A stretch of DNA of 34,659 nt from a virus (IMGVR_UViG_3300012667_000931:1-34659); one strand, 5' to 3'. Positions 1 through 8,794 are shown, numbered from the stretch's first letter. The notes: generated from the letters alone by a model not told the origin. Translations and numbers: made by a program.

Positions 1-17
1 CTGGCGGGTTTTGGAAA

Positions 18-54
18 AGTCCGGGAATCAGTCCGGGCCGGGGGTTTTAGTCCG
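18..54 (+). repeat. Three AGTCCG direct repeats upstream of terS (candidate terminase-binding, cosB-like sites)
   Basis: AGTCCG at 18-23, 30-35 and 49-54 (first two extend to AGTCCGGG), directly before the terS ATG. Function is inferred from position. Confidence 0.45.
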
Positions 55-645
55 ATGGCCGTCACACTTTTGACCGTTTCGGCATACGCCCGCCATCGCA
101 ACTGCGATGAAAAGGCAGTCCGAAAAGCGATTGCAGAAAATCGCATATCGGCCCAGACCGGCCCCAACGGTCGGCGCATGATCGACCCGGAGGTGGCCGA
201 CATCCAGTGGGCCAAAAACACCCGGGCGCGCGCGGGGTCTGGCACCGACTCGGGCGACTTGCTCAGCAGCCCGGGGCCATCCGGCGCAGCCACGGGCGGC
301 ACGCCCGGCGATGCAAAGCAGCCAGCGCCACTCACCGCGCCCGCTGGGTACGCAGACGCCCGCGCACGCACTGAGCTGGCAAACGCGGGCATTGCCGAAT
401 TGCAGCTGGCTAAGTTGCGCGGCGAGGTGCGCGATGTGACCGACATCAACCGTGGCGCGTTTGACATTGGGCGCGAGTTGCGCGATGCGATGGACTCCTC
501 AGTCAACACGCTGGCTGCTGAGCTGGCCCCGCTGGCCACCGCCGACGCATGCGCCCAGGTGCTGCGCCGCCACAACCGCGTCATCCAAGAGCTACTGGCC
601 AAAAACATGCGCGAACGCCTGAGCGTCACCGGAACCATGCAATGA
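55..645 (+). CDS. terS: Terminase small subunit (Nu1-like)
   Basis: N-terminal wHTH-like SAYARHRNCDEKAVRKAIAENRI, coiled-coil ARARTELANAGIAELQLAKLRGE, ATGA overlap with terL. Confidence 0.85.
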   Translation: MAVTLLTVSAYARHRNCDEKAVRKAIAENRISAQTGPNGRRMIDPEVADIQWAKNTRARAGSGTDSGDLLSSPGPSGAATGGTPGDAKQPAPLTAPAGYADARARTELANAGIAELQLAKLRGEVRDVTDINRGAFDIGRELRDAMDSSVNTLAAELAPLATADACAQVLRRHNRVIQELLAKNMRERLSVTGTMQ

Positions 646-2699
646 CCAGCTTTTGGAAAGACGGCTATCACCTGACCCTTGAGGCCTTCGCGCGCGGCAT
701 AGAGCCCGACAGCAACCTGCCGGTCGATGTCTGGTCAGACACTCACATGGTGGTCCCAAAAGAAACCGGGGCCAGCGAGCCCGGCCCCTACAAAACCTCA
801 CGCACCCCCCACGCCCGTCTGGTGATGCAAGCCCTGAGCGCCGACCACCCGGCCAAGCGCATCGTGGTCGTGGGCGCGTCTCAAATGCTCAAAACCCAAG
901 TGGGCATCAACTTCCTGGGCGAGACGGTCCACCAGCGCCCAAAAAACTTTTTGTGGATCGTGCCCACCGGCAAACTGCACAAACGCTCTGCCGCCCGCAT
1001 TGACAAGGCCGTCGCCGCCGTGCCCGTGTTGCGCGAACGGTTCGCCCGGCCATCGTCCCGCGTGTCCACAAACAACAACGACATCAAGGCTTACCCGGGC
1101 GGCGCGCTGTACATCGCCACCGCAGGGTCGGCTGCTAACCTTTCTGAGCTGTCAGCCACCTACGTGGTTTTTGACGAAATCGACCGGGCCAAAGACAACG
1201 TGGGCGGCGAGGGAAGCCCTGAAGAGCTGGCAGAAACCCGGCAAACCAGCCACCAGCGCGACAAGAAAACCTACTACCCAAGCTCCCCCACGATCGAGGG
1301 CGAAAGCCCGGTGGCCGCGCTGTACGAGCGCGGCACCCAGCGCGTGGCCCTGGCCGAGTGCATCCATTGCGGCGAAGCGCAGCCGCTGGAATTTTTTGAC
1401 GCAAACGGAAGCCCGCGCTTACTGCGCAGCGACGACGGCAAACAGGCCTACTACCCATGCCGCTCTTGTGGCGGGCTGCACACCGAAGGCGACAAAACGC
1501 GAATGTTCGCGCGCGGCCTGTGGAGCGATGGCGTGCCCGGCGACGGCGAAACCGAGAGTTTTCAGATTTCGGGGATGTTTCTCCCTTACGGGTGGCTCCC
1601 CTGGATCGCTCTGCTGAAGCAATACGACAAAGCCAAGGCGCTGCTGGACGAGGGCTCCGAAGAGTCCATGATCGTGTTTTACAACACCCGCTTGGCCAAG
1701 TGCTGGGCACGCTCAAAAGAGACAACCCGGTACGACGGCCTCATGGCCCGCGCCGAGCCTTACCGCCTCGGCACCGTGCCCGCTGGTGGCTTGATCCTCA
1801 CCGCAGCCATTGACGTGCAAGCCTACCGCCTGGAATTTCAGGTGGTGGCGTGGGGCGAAGGCATGGAGCATTGGGTTGTGGACTACCAAGTGATCCACGG
1901 CGACCCGGCCAGCCAGCAGACCTGGGACAAGGCAGACGAAATGCTCAAAAGCCGCTACCGTCACGCCAGCGGCGGCATGCTCAATATCAGCGCAGCGTTT
2001 GTGGACTCCGGCGGCCACCACACCCAAGAGGTGTACACCTTCACGCAGGCGCGCCGCCATCGCAACGTGTTCGCGATCAAGGGCGATGCCAACAAGAAAA
2101 ACCGCCCCATCATTGGCAACAAACCCAGCATCGTGGGCGTGACCGACAAAGGCAAAACCGACCGGCAAGGCCCCAAGCTGTGGATCATAGGCACCGACAC
2201 CGCGAAAGACTACCTGCAAAGCCGTTGGAAAATTGCCAAAGGCCCGGGCGCGATGCACTTCAGCAGCGACTTGCCCGAGTCATGGTTTAAGGGCTTGACT
2301 GCCGAATACCGCACAAGCGGCTACAAACGGGGCCGCAAAGTCAGCTGGTGGGAACAGAAAAAAGGCGAACCCAACGAGCCTTTGGACTTGACCGTCTACA
2401 ACCTCGCCGCCGCGTTCATGTTGGGCCTGAACCGCAAAACCGAACACGGCTGGGCGCTGTTGCGCGATCGCCTTGTGCCAGCCGTGGGCGACCTGTTCGC
2501 GGCGCCTGAGCCACACGCCATCGAGCGCCAGCTACCAGACCCCACACCAAAAACACCCGGCGCTGTGCAAACGCCTGCAACGCCTGCCGCCCCTGCCCCC
2601 AAGAACCAGCCAGCGCCACCACCGCCCACACCCGCCCCTGCACCAGCCATGGCCAATGGCCGCATATCGCTGGGCGCGCTGCGCCGCCGGGGCACATGA
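642..2699 (+). CDS. terL: Terminase large subunit, lambda GpA family
   Basis: Start moved to ATG 642 (ATGA coupling). Motifs RTPH, ASQMLKT (Walker A variant), VFDEID (Walker B), SSPT, CxxC pairs and nuclease motifs AIDVQ and VDSGG. Confidence 0.95.
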   Translation: MTSFWKDGYHLTLEAFARGIEPDSNLPVDVWSDTHMVVPKETGASEPGPYKTSRTPHARLVMQALSADHPAKRIVVVGASQMLKTQVGINFLGETVHQRPKNFLWIVPTGKLHKRSAARIDKAVAAVPVLRERFARPSSRVSTNNNDIKAYPGGALYIATAGSAANLSELSATYVVFDEIDRAKDNVGGEGSPEELAETRQTSHQRDKKTYYPSSPTIEGESPVAALYERGTQRVALAECIHCGEAQPLEFFDANGSPRLLRSDDGKQAYYPCRSCGGLHTEGDKTRMFARGLWSDGVPGDGETESFQISGMFLPYGWLPWIALLKQYDKAKALLDEGSEESMIVFYNTRLAKCWARSKETTRYDGLMARAEPYRLGTVPAGGLILTAAIDVQAYRLEFQVVAWGEGMEHWVVDYQVIHGDPASQQTWDKADEMLKSRYRHASGGMLNISAAFVDSGGHHTQEVYTFTQARRHRNVFAIKGDANKKNRPIIGNKPSIVGVTDKGKTDRQGPKLWIIGTDTAKDYLQSRWKIAKGPGAMHFSSDLPESWFKGLTAEYRTSGYKRGRKVSWWEQKKGEPNEPLDLTVYNLAAAFMLGLNRKTEHGWALLRDRLVPAVGDLFAAPEPHAIERQLPDPTPKTPGAVQTPATPAAPAPKNQPAPPPPTPAPAPAMANGRISLGALRRRGT

Positions 2700-3004
2700 C
2701 CCGCCAGCCCACCGAAGCCCAAAGCCCAGACCCCGAGCCCGACCTGCTGCTGGTGGTGCTGCACCGCGTGCGCGCCGCTGCCCCCGGCTGCATTACCGAC
2801 GCGCAAGCCCGCGAGATTGAAGAGGCCATCCGCGCCGAGCTGGGTGGCATGCGCGCCCGCATCCCCAAGCGAAAAAAACACCCCACGCCCGAACAGCGCC
2901 AAGCCATCGTGCGCGATGCCCTCACCAGCGCCACCGACACCGAAATCACCCAGCGCCACGGCATACACCGCGCCACCCTGTACCGCACCCTCAAACGCCT
3001 ATAA
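2696..3004 (+). CDS. Small HTH DNA-binding protein, Mor/C-like late-activator candidate
   Basis: ELGGMRARIPK plus C-terminal HTH EITQRHGIHRATLYRTLKR; ATGA-coupled to terL. Confidence 0.65.
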   Translation: MTRQPTEAQSPDPEPDLLLVVLHRVRAAAPGCITDAQAREIEEAIRAELGGMRARIPKRKKHPTPEQRQAIVRDALTSATDTEITQRHGIHRATLYRTLKRL

Positions 3005-3021
3005 ATTCCCGCCGTTTGCCC

Positions 3022-3070
3022 GTCGCGTTTTGGCCCGTGTAATGCAATGCGCAATTGCCTACAATCAAAA
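3022..3070 (+). promoter_or_regulatory. Putative activator-dependent late promoter, copy 1
   Basis: GTCGCGTTTTGGCC (3022-3035), then TACAAT/ACAATCAAAA (3060-3070). Same architecture and spacing as 6571-6619. Confidence 0.55.
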
Positions 3071-3091
3071 GCAATTAGGAGCCCAAAACCC

Positions 3092-3310
3092 ATGGCAACA
3101 TCACTCGACACCGCGCAAACCCAGCTAGACGCCTACCTCGCCGCCGAGGTGGCCGCGCTGGCCAACAAGTCCTACACCATCGCGGGCCGCACCCTCACGC
3201 GGCAAGACCTCGGCGACATACAAAAAGGCATCCAATATTGGACCGCCCGCGTATCTGAGCTGAGCGCCCAGGCCCGGGGCCGTGGCCGGTCAGCCACCAT
3301 GGCACGGTGA
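3092..3310 (+). CDS. Head completion/head-tail joining protein (gpW-like)
   Basis: 72 aa after AGGAG RBS; LDAYLAAE...SYTIAGRTLTRQDL pattern; lies between terL and portal. Confidence 0.8.
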   Translation: MATSLDTAQTQLDAYLAAEVAALANKSYTIAGRTLTRQDLGDIQKGIQYWTARVSELSAQARGRGRSATMAR

Positions 3311-4902
3311 TCAAGATGCGCGAAGTCACCAAACCCCACCCCCTGATGCAGCAAAACCTGCTCGACAAAGCCATCGCCTACTTTTCGCCCAAGATAGCGC
3401 AGCGCCGCATGGTCAGCCGCGCCACCCTGGCGCTGGCAGGCGGCTACACCGGCGCGCGCGTAGACCGTGCCGCGCTGGCATCCTGGCGCACCCAAGCGGG
3501 CTCACCCACCACCGACATCATTTCAGACCTGCCCGCCTTGCGCGCCCGCAGCCGCGACCAAATGCGAAACGCCCCCATTGCCCTGGGCGCGCTCAACATC
3601 ACCAACAGCCACAGCGTGGGCACCGGCCTGAGCTGCAACCCCGCCATCAATGCCGACCTGCTCGGCATGAGCCAAGACACCGCCGAGGCATGGCAGCGCG
3701 ACACCCGCGCACGCTTCGACCTGTGGGCAAAATCCAAAGACTGCACCCTCGACCGGCGGCATGATTTTTTCCAAGCCCAAGGCCTTGACTACCGCGCCAC
3801 CAAAGAAAGTGGCGACACCTTTGTAGTCACCCCCTTGATGCAGCGCAACGGCCAAAGCATGCTGGTGCTTCAGCTGGTGGAGGCCGACCGCGTTTGCAAC
3901 CCAGACCGCAAACCCGACACCACCACCCTGATCGACGGGGTGGAACTATCGGAGGAAACCGGCGAAGCCGTCGCCGTCCATATCGCCAAACAGCACCCCG
4001 GCGACCGCCTCGTCAAAAACACCTGGACCCGCGTGCCCGTGCGTGGTGCCACCACCAACCGGCGCAACGTCCTGCACATCACCAAGAGCCTGCGCATCGG
4101 GCAGGTGCGCGGCGTGCCGTGGATCGCGCCCATTTTGGAGCCGCTCAAGCAGCTCAGCCAGTACACCGACGCCGAGCTGAAGGCCGCTGTGGACTCTGCC
4201 GTCACCAGCTTCTTCACGAAGATGGACCCCGACGCTTTTTCGGATTTGTTCGACGATGAAGCCAAGTCAACGCTGATCAAAAAAGGCGCTGAATGGGATG
4301 GCAACCTCGCGGGCAACAACAAAGTAATCAACCTGCTGCCCGGTGAAGAAGTGCAAAACTTCACCCCTGGCCGGCCTAACCCGCAGTTTGACCCGTTCGT
4401 TTTGGCCATCCTGCGCCAAATCGGCGCAGCCCTCGAAATCCCGTTCGAGGTGCTGATCATGCACTTCCAATCCAGCTACACCGCCGCCCGTGGCGCGTTC
4501 ATGATGGCGTGGAAGTTTTTCCGCATGGAACGCGACATGGTGGTGACTGAGCTGTGCCAACCCGTGTACGAGCTGTGGCTTGAAAACGAAGTGGCCGAAG
4601 GCCGCGTGCGCGCGCCCGGGTTTTTTGCCGACCCCCTGATCAAAGCCGCATGGTCTGCCGCCGTGTGGACTGGCGACGGCCCCGGCAGCGTGGACCCCAC
4701 CAAAGAAGTGGCCGCAGCCGAAAAGCGCGTGGCGCTGGGTATCAGCACCAAACAGGCCGAAAGCATCCTGCACGATGGCGTGGACTGGGAAACCAAACAC
4801 CGCCAGCGCGTCAAAGAAACGCAAGCCGAAAAGCGCGACGGCATCTGGGCAGCGCCCCCCGGCTCACCCGCGCCCGCGCCCGAGCAACAGCCGCAGGACT
4901 GA
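3307..4902 (+). CDS. Portal protein, lambda family
   Basis: LRARSRDQMRN, GQVRGVPWIAP, SSYTAARGA and SVDPTKEV motifs; 531 aa. Confidence 0.95.
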   Translation: MIKMREVTKPHPLMQQNLLDKAIAYFSPKIAQRRMVSRATLALAGGYTGARVDRAALASWRTQAGSPTTDIISDLPALRARSRDQMRNAPIALGALNITNSHSVGTGLSCNPAINADLLGMSQDTAEAWQRDTRARFDLWAKSKDCTLDRRHDFFQAQGLDYRATKESGDTFVVTPLMQRNGQSMLVLQLVEADRVCNPDRKPDTTTLIDGVELSEETGEAVAVHIAKQHPGDRLVKNTWTRVPVRGATTNRRNVLHITKSLRIGQVRGVPWIAPILEPLKQLSQYTDAELKAAVDSAVTSFFTKMDPDAFSDLFDDEAKSTLIKKGAEWDGNLAGNNKVINLLPGEEVQNFTPGRPNPQFDPFVLAILRQIGAALEIPFEVLIMHFQSSYTAARGAFMMAWKFFRMERDMVVTELCQPVYELWLENEVAEGRVRAPGFFADPLIKAAWSAAVWTGDGPGSVDPTKEVAAAEKRVALGISTKQAESILHDGVDWETKHRQRVKETQAEKRDGIWAAPPGSPAPAPEQQPQD

Positions 4903-4913
4903 AAGCGCGCCCC

Positions 4914-5282
4914 ATGCAAATCTACTTAGCCGGGCCCATGACGGGCCTTCCCGACTACAACTACCCCGCGTTTCACAGGTACGCAGCCATGTTGCGCGAC
5001 TGGGGTTACAGCGTCACCAACCCAGCCGAAAACCCCGCGCCACCCTGCGGCACCTGGGAGGGCTACATGGCCATGGCCCTGCCCCAAGTGCGCGCCGCTC
5101 AGCTGGTGGTATTTTTGCCGGGCTGGAAAAAAAGCCGAGGCGCGAAAAAAGAGCACGCCCTAGCCCAGCGCCTGGGCATACCATGCCTAGAGCTGCTGAG
5201 CCACGCGCCGCCGCTGTTTGACCCCGCGCCACCCAGCCAGCCCGACCATTTGCCCGAAGCCGGGAAAGTGATCCAGCCATGA
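4914..5282 (+). CDS. DUF4406-like (nucleoside deoxyribosyltransferase-like fold) protein
   Basis: MQIYLAGPMTGLPDYNYPAF...NPAEN...LPGWKKSRGAKKE signature; start at ATG 4914. Confidence 0.8.
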   Translation: MQIYLAGPMTGLPDYNYPAFHRYAAMLRDWGYSVTNPAENPAPPCGTWEGYMAMALPQVRAAQLVVFLPGWKKSRGAKKEHALAQRLGIPCLELLSHAPPLFDPAPPSQPDHLPEAGKVIQP

Positions 5283-5482
5283 CCCCACTCAAAAAAAGAC
5301 AGGCCCCCGAGCCATGGGTGGTGGTGTCCCCCAAGGGCGTGTTTCACGTCGGCCTGCACGCCTCAGAAAAAGAGGCCTGGATGGTGGCGCTCACTTTCCG
5401 GGGCGATGCCGAAATCAAAAAGCGCAAAGCCGAGGGCTGGTACGCCGCGCCCGCTCAGCTGCAATACACAAAGCCATGCTGA
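5279..5482 (+). CDS. Hypothetical protein (67 aa)
   Basis: ATGA overlap upstream, overlaps the MTase start downstream, fits the operon. Confidence 0.6.
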   Translation: MTPLKKRQAPEPWVVVSPKGVFHVGLHASEKEAWMVALTFRGDAEIKKRKAEGWYAAPAQLQYTKPC

Positions 5483-6555
5483 CCAACGCCAAAACCCTAG
5501 CCGCCCCGTTCCCCTGGTTCGGTGGCAAATCAGGCGCATGCGAACAGGTGTGGCAAGCCTTTGGCATGGTGGACAACTATGTGGAGCCCTTCGCGGGCAG
5601 CGCCGCCATGCTGCTCGGTGCCCCACCCGGCAAGCGCATCGAAACCATCAACGACTATGACGGCTTCGTGGCGAACTTTTGGCGCGCAATCCACGCCGAC
5701 CCCGACGCGGTGGCGAAGCATGCCGACTGGCCGTGCAACGAGGTTGACCTGTTCGCCCGCCATTCGTGGCTGGTGCGGCAAACCAAAACCCTGACCGAAC
5801 GCCTGCACGCCGACCCCGATTGGTGCGATCCAAAAATAGCGGGCTGGTGGTGCTGGGGCGCGTGCAATTGGATTGGTTCTGGCTGGTGCGCTGGTGTTGG
5901 GCCATGGGTGCATGACGGTGAAAAAATGGTGTGCCTGCCGCGTGGCAAAGACAACGGCAAGCTGGGTGTTTGGGCGCAAAGCCCACACCTGGGCGATGCC
6001 GGGCAAGGCATCAACCGCCAATTGCCACACCTGGGCGATGCCGGGCAAGGCATCAACCGCCAATTGCCACACCTGGGCGATGCCGGGAAAGGCATCAACC
6101 GCCAAACCGACCACCCCCGCAGCGAATACATCCGCGAATGGTTTGGCCTGCTACACGCCCGCATGCGTGACGTGCGGGTGACGTGTGGCGACTGGCAGCG
6201 CGTGTGCAAAGACAGCGTGACCACCCGCCACGGCCTGACCGCCTTGTTTTTAGACCCGCCCTATACCAAGGGCGCGATGGACTACGGCGCAGGCGGCATG
6301 GGCCTGGGCATTGCCGACGATGTGCGCAAGTGGTGCGCAGCCAATGGCGACAACACCAAGCTGCGCATTGTCCTGTGCGGCCATGCGGGAGAGCACGACG
6401 CGCTGCTGGCCCATGGCTGGCACCTGCGCACCTGGACAGCGCGCAAGGGCTACGCCCTGACCGACGAGGCCGTGGAAAACAGCGCCAGCGAAACGCTGTG
6501 GTGCAGCCCGCATTGCGTGCCGGTGTCGCCGGTGATGGACCTGTTCACCCTGTAG
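5476..6555 (+). CDS. DNA N6-adenine methyltransferase (D12/Dam-like class)
   Basis: PFPWFGGKS, YVEPFAGS (motif I), INDYD and FLDPPY (motif IV). Confidence 0.9.
   Translation: MLTNAKTLAAPFPWFGGKSGACEQVWQAFGMVDNYVEPFAGSAAMLLGAPPGKRIETINDYDGFVANFWRAIHADPDAVAKHADWPCNEVDLFARHSWLVRQTKTLTERLHADPDWCDPKIAGWWCWGACNWIGSGWCAGVGPWVHDGEKMVCLPRGKDNGKLGVWAQSPHLGDAGQGINRQLPHLGDAGQGINRQLPHLGDAGKGINRQTDHPRSEYIREWFGLLHARMRDVRVTCGDWQRVCKDSVTTRHGLTALFLDPPYTKGAMDYGAGGMGLGIADDVRKWCAANGDNTKLRIVLCGHAGEHDALLAHGWHLRTWTARKGYALTDEAVENSASETLWCSPHCVPVSPVMDLFTL
5983..6105 (+). repeat. In-frame 42-bp tandem repeat, ~2.9 copies (PHLGDAGQGINRQL)
   Basis: Units 5983-6024 and 6025-6066 are identical; 6067-6105 is a 39-bp copy with one substitution. 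Confidence 0.95.
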
Positions 6556-6570
6556 CCAAAATAAACGCTT

Positions 6571-6619
6571 GTCGCAATTTGGCCTATTTACAATTGCAGC
6601 AAATTAACCACAATCAAAA
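6571..6619 (+). promoter_or_regulatory. Putative activator-dependent late promoter, copy 2
   Basis: GTCGCAATTTGGCC (12/14 identical to copy 1), with ACAATCAAAA starting 39 bp later exactly as in copy 1. Confidence 0.55.
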
Positions 6620-6621
6620 CC

Positions 6622-8148
6622 ATGAAACTCACCGAACTGCTGACCGCGCCTTGGGCCATCTTGCCCGAGAGCCTGCGCGAAGTGCATCGCATCTACGCCG
6701 CCCACCTCGCTGGCGAAAAGTTTGACCGCGCCGCCATAGAAGCCAGCCTGGGCCGCCCGCTGGCGAATGAGCAACAGCGCTACCAGGTGCGAGAAGGCGG
6801 CATTGCCGTTTTGCCGGTTGAAGGTGTCATTGCCCCCAAGGCCAATATGTTTACCGACATTTCTGGTGGCGTGTCTGCGCAAATGATGATGCAGCAAATC
6901 AACAGCGCAGCGGCTGACTCCCGCGTCAAAGGGCTGGTGCTGGTGGTCGATTCGCCCGGCGGCAGCGTGTTTGGCACACCTGAGCTGAGCCAAGCCGTCG
7001 CCACCATGGCGCAGCAAAAACCCGTGGTTTCGGTCAGTGACGCCACCATGGCCAGCGCCGCTTACTGGTTTGGCTCAGCAGCCAACGCCGTGTACATCAC
7101 CGGCCCCACCGTCAACGTGGGCAGCATCGGGGTGTACAGCCGCCTCAGCATCGGCCAGCCAGACCCCACCGCCATGGAGTTCGTGCGCGGCAAATACAAG
7201 CGCGCCGCCATCAACGGCGCAGCACCCAGCGCCGACTACATGGCCTACTTCGAGGCGCAGCTCGACCACCTCTACGGCGTGTTTGTGGACACCGTCGCGC
7301 AAAACCGGGGCGTGTCGGCTGACGTTGTTTTGGATCGCATGGCAGACGCCCGCATTTTCATTGGCCAGCAGGCCATTGACGCGGGCCTGGTTGACGGCAT
7401 GGCCAGCGTGGACACCATCGTGGACCGCATGGCCACCAACCCCACCCAATACCTCACCCGGCGCAAAGCAGTGTTTGCGCTGGGTGCCCTGCCCGCCACC
7501 GGTGCCAGCGCCGCGCCCGCAAGCCGCCAGCCAACCCCGGCCATTCCCGCCACCACGCCCGCCGCAAACACCGCGCCAATCGCTGGCACAATTGCCCAAT
7601 CGGCAAACCCCGAAACCCAAACCCAAGCCCAACCCCAAGGAATCCGCACCATGCCTATTACCCGCGAACAAATCGCAGCCGAAGCGCCTGAGCTGCTGCA
7701 AAGCCTGCTGGCTGAAGGTGCCAGCGCCGAGCGCGAACGCATCAAAGGCGTAGAGGCCCAATTGATCCCCGGCCATGAAACCCTGATCGCCTCTCTCAAA
7801 TACGATGGCCGCAGCGGCCCCGGCGAAGCGGCCATGGCCATCAACGCCGCCGAGCGCAACCTGCGCACCGCAGCCGCCGCCGCCGCCCAGGCAGACGCAC
7901 CGCGCCCCGTGCCGCTGGTGCCCGGCTCTACCATCACCGCCGTGCTGCCCAGCGCCGCCGACCAAGCCGCCGCAGCCGCAGCCGCCCAAAGCGCAACCGA
8001 CCTCGACACCCCCGTGGCTGACCGCTGCAAAGCCGCCTGGGAAGCCAGCGCCAGCGTGCGCGCCGAGTTCGGCACGCTCGCCGCCTACACCGCCTACACC
8101 AACGCCACCGAACAGGGCCGCGCCCGCATCTTGCAGCGCAAGGCCTGA
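6622..8148 (+). CDS. Head maturation protease, S49 (SppA/lambda gpC-like), with C-terminal scaffold region
   Basis: VDSPGG, MASAAYW and VGSIGV motifs; Pro/Ala linker, then ERERIKG scaffold-like helix. Confidence 0.92.
   Translation: MKLTELLTAPWAILPESLREVHRIYAAHLAGEKFDRAAIEASLGRPLANEQQRYQVREGGIAVLPVEGVIAPKANMFTDISGGVSAQMMMQQINSAAADSRVKGLVLVVDSPGGSVFGTPELSQAVATMAQQKPVVSVSDATMASAAYWFGSAANAVYITGPTVNVGSIGVYSRLSIGQPDPTAMEFVRGKYKRAAINGAAPSADYMAYFEAQLDHLYGVFVDTVAQNRGVSADVVLDRMADARIFIGQQAIDAGLVDGMASVDTIVDRMATNPTQYLTRRKAVFALGALPATGASAAPASRQPTPAIPATTPAANTAPIAGTIAQSANPETQTQAQPQGIRTMPITREQIAAEAPELLQSLLAEGASAERERIKGVEAQLIPGHETLIASLKYDGRSGPGEAAMAINAAERNLRTAAAAAAQADAPRPVPLVPGSTITAVLPSAADQAAAAAAAQSATDLDTPVADRCKAAWEASASVRAEFGTLAAYTAYTNATEQGRARILQRKA
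7651..8148 (+). CDS. Nested in-frame scaffolding protein (Nu3-like)
   Basis: Internal ATG 7651, in frame with the protease, preceded by AAGGA at 7637-7641; analogous to lambda C/Nu3. Confidence 0.6.
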   Translation: MPITREQIAAEAPELLQSLLAEGASAERERIKGVEAQLIPGHETLIASLKYDGRSGPGEAAMAINAAERNLRTAAAAAAQADAPRPVPLVPGSTITAVLPSAADQAAAAAAAQSATDLDTPVADRCKAAWEASASVRAEFGTLAAYTAYTNATEQGRARILQRKA

Positions 8149-8203
8149 CCCAAGTCCACCAAGCCACCACCACCACCAACCCCCACCACCCCCAGAGAAA
8201 ACC

Positions 8204-8794
8204 ATGAAATCCCTGAACCCCCTGAAATTTGTTTTTGCTGTTGCTTGCCTGCTGGCCCTGGCCAGCGTGCTGGTGCCCGGCGTGTCCCTTGCCATCGCCC
8301 AAGCCGCCACCTTTGTCGGCCCCGAAAATCTGGCCATGCTCAGCTTTGCCGGTGCCACCCTGGCCGCAGACAAAGCGCGCCCCTACGAACTCGGCGAGCT
8401 GGAAGCCTACCCGGCCATTGCCAGCGACATCATTTACGAAGGCGCAGCGGTCGGCGAAAACGCATCGGGCTATGCGCGCCCGCTGGTGGCTGGCGACGTG
8501 TTTTTGGGCTTTGCAGAGTCGCAAGCCGACAACAGCACCGGCAGCGCTGGGGCCATTTACGTGCGTGTTCGCACACGCGGCAAAGCCCAATTGGCCGTGG
8601 CCGGTGCCACCGCCGTCACAGCCAACGACCGCCCCCTGGTGTACGCATCCGACGACGACACCTTCACCTTGACCGCCAGCACCAACAGCATCATTGGCCG
8701 CGTGTCGCGCTGGGTATCCAGCGGCGTGTGCATCGTCGAATTCGATTCGACCCTCGCCGCTGCTGAAGCCGCCCGCGTTACAGGCGACGCTTAA
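8204..8794 (+). CDS. Capsid decoration/cement-like protein with hydrophobic N-terminal extension
   Basis: Between protease and MCP; IYEGAAVG, FLGFAE, VYASDDDTFTLT and IGRV pattern; first ~35 aa resemble a signal peptide. Confidence 0.65.
   Translation: MKSLNPLKFVFAVACLLALASVLVPGVSLAIAQAATFVGPENLAMLSFAGATLAADKARPYELGELEAYPAIASDIIYEGAAVGENASGYARPLVAGDVFLGFAESQADNSTGSAGAIYVRVRTRGKAQLAVAGATAVTANDRPLVYASDDDTFTLTASTNSIIGRVSRWVSSGVCIVEFDSTLAAAEAARVTGDA

Noticed and set aside
549-641. Upstream extensions in the ORF track (549, 4650, 5314, 7805, 13923, 21313, 21734, 23359, 23816)
   Set aside because: They overlap upstream genes or repeats out of frame; downstream starts with RBS or stop-start coupling fit better.
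5983-6105. 42-bp repeat as a mini-CRISPR or DGR template/variable repeat
   Set aside because: Head-to-tail with no spacers, in frame within a gene, no reverse transcriptase, and no adenine-specific mismatch pattern.
8149-8203. CCA/CCACCA low-complexity tract
   Set aside because: Short unstructured spacer matching the general C/A richness of this strand; no defined repeat unit or function supportable.
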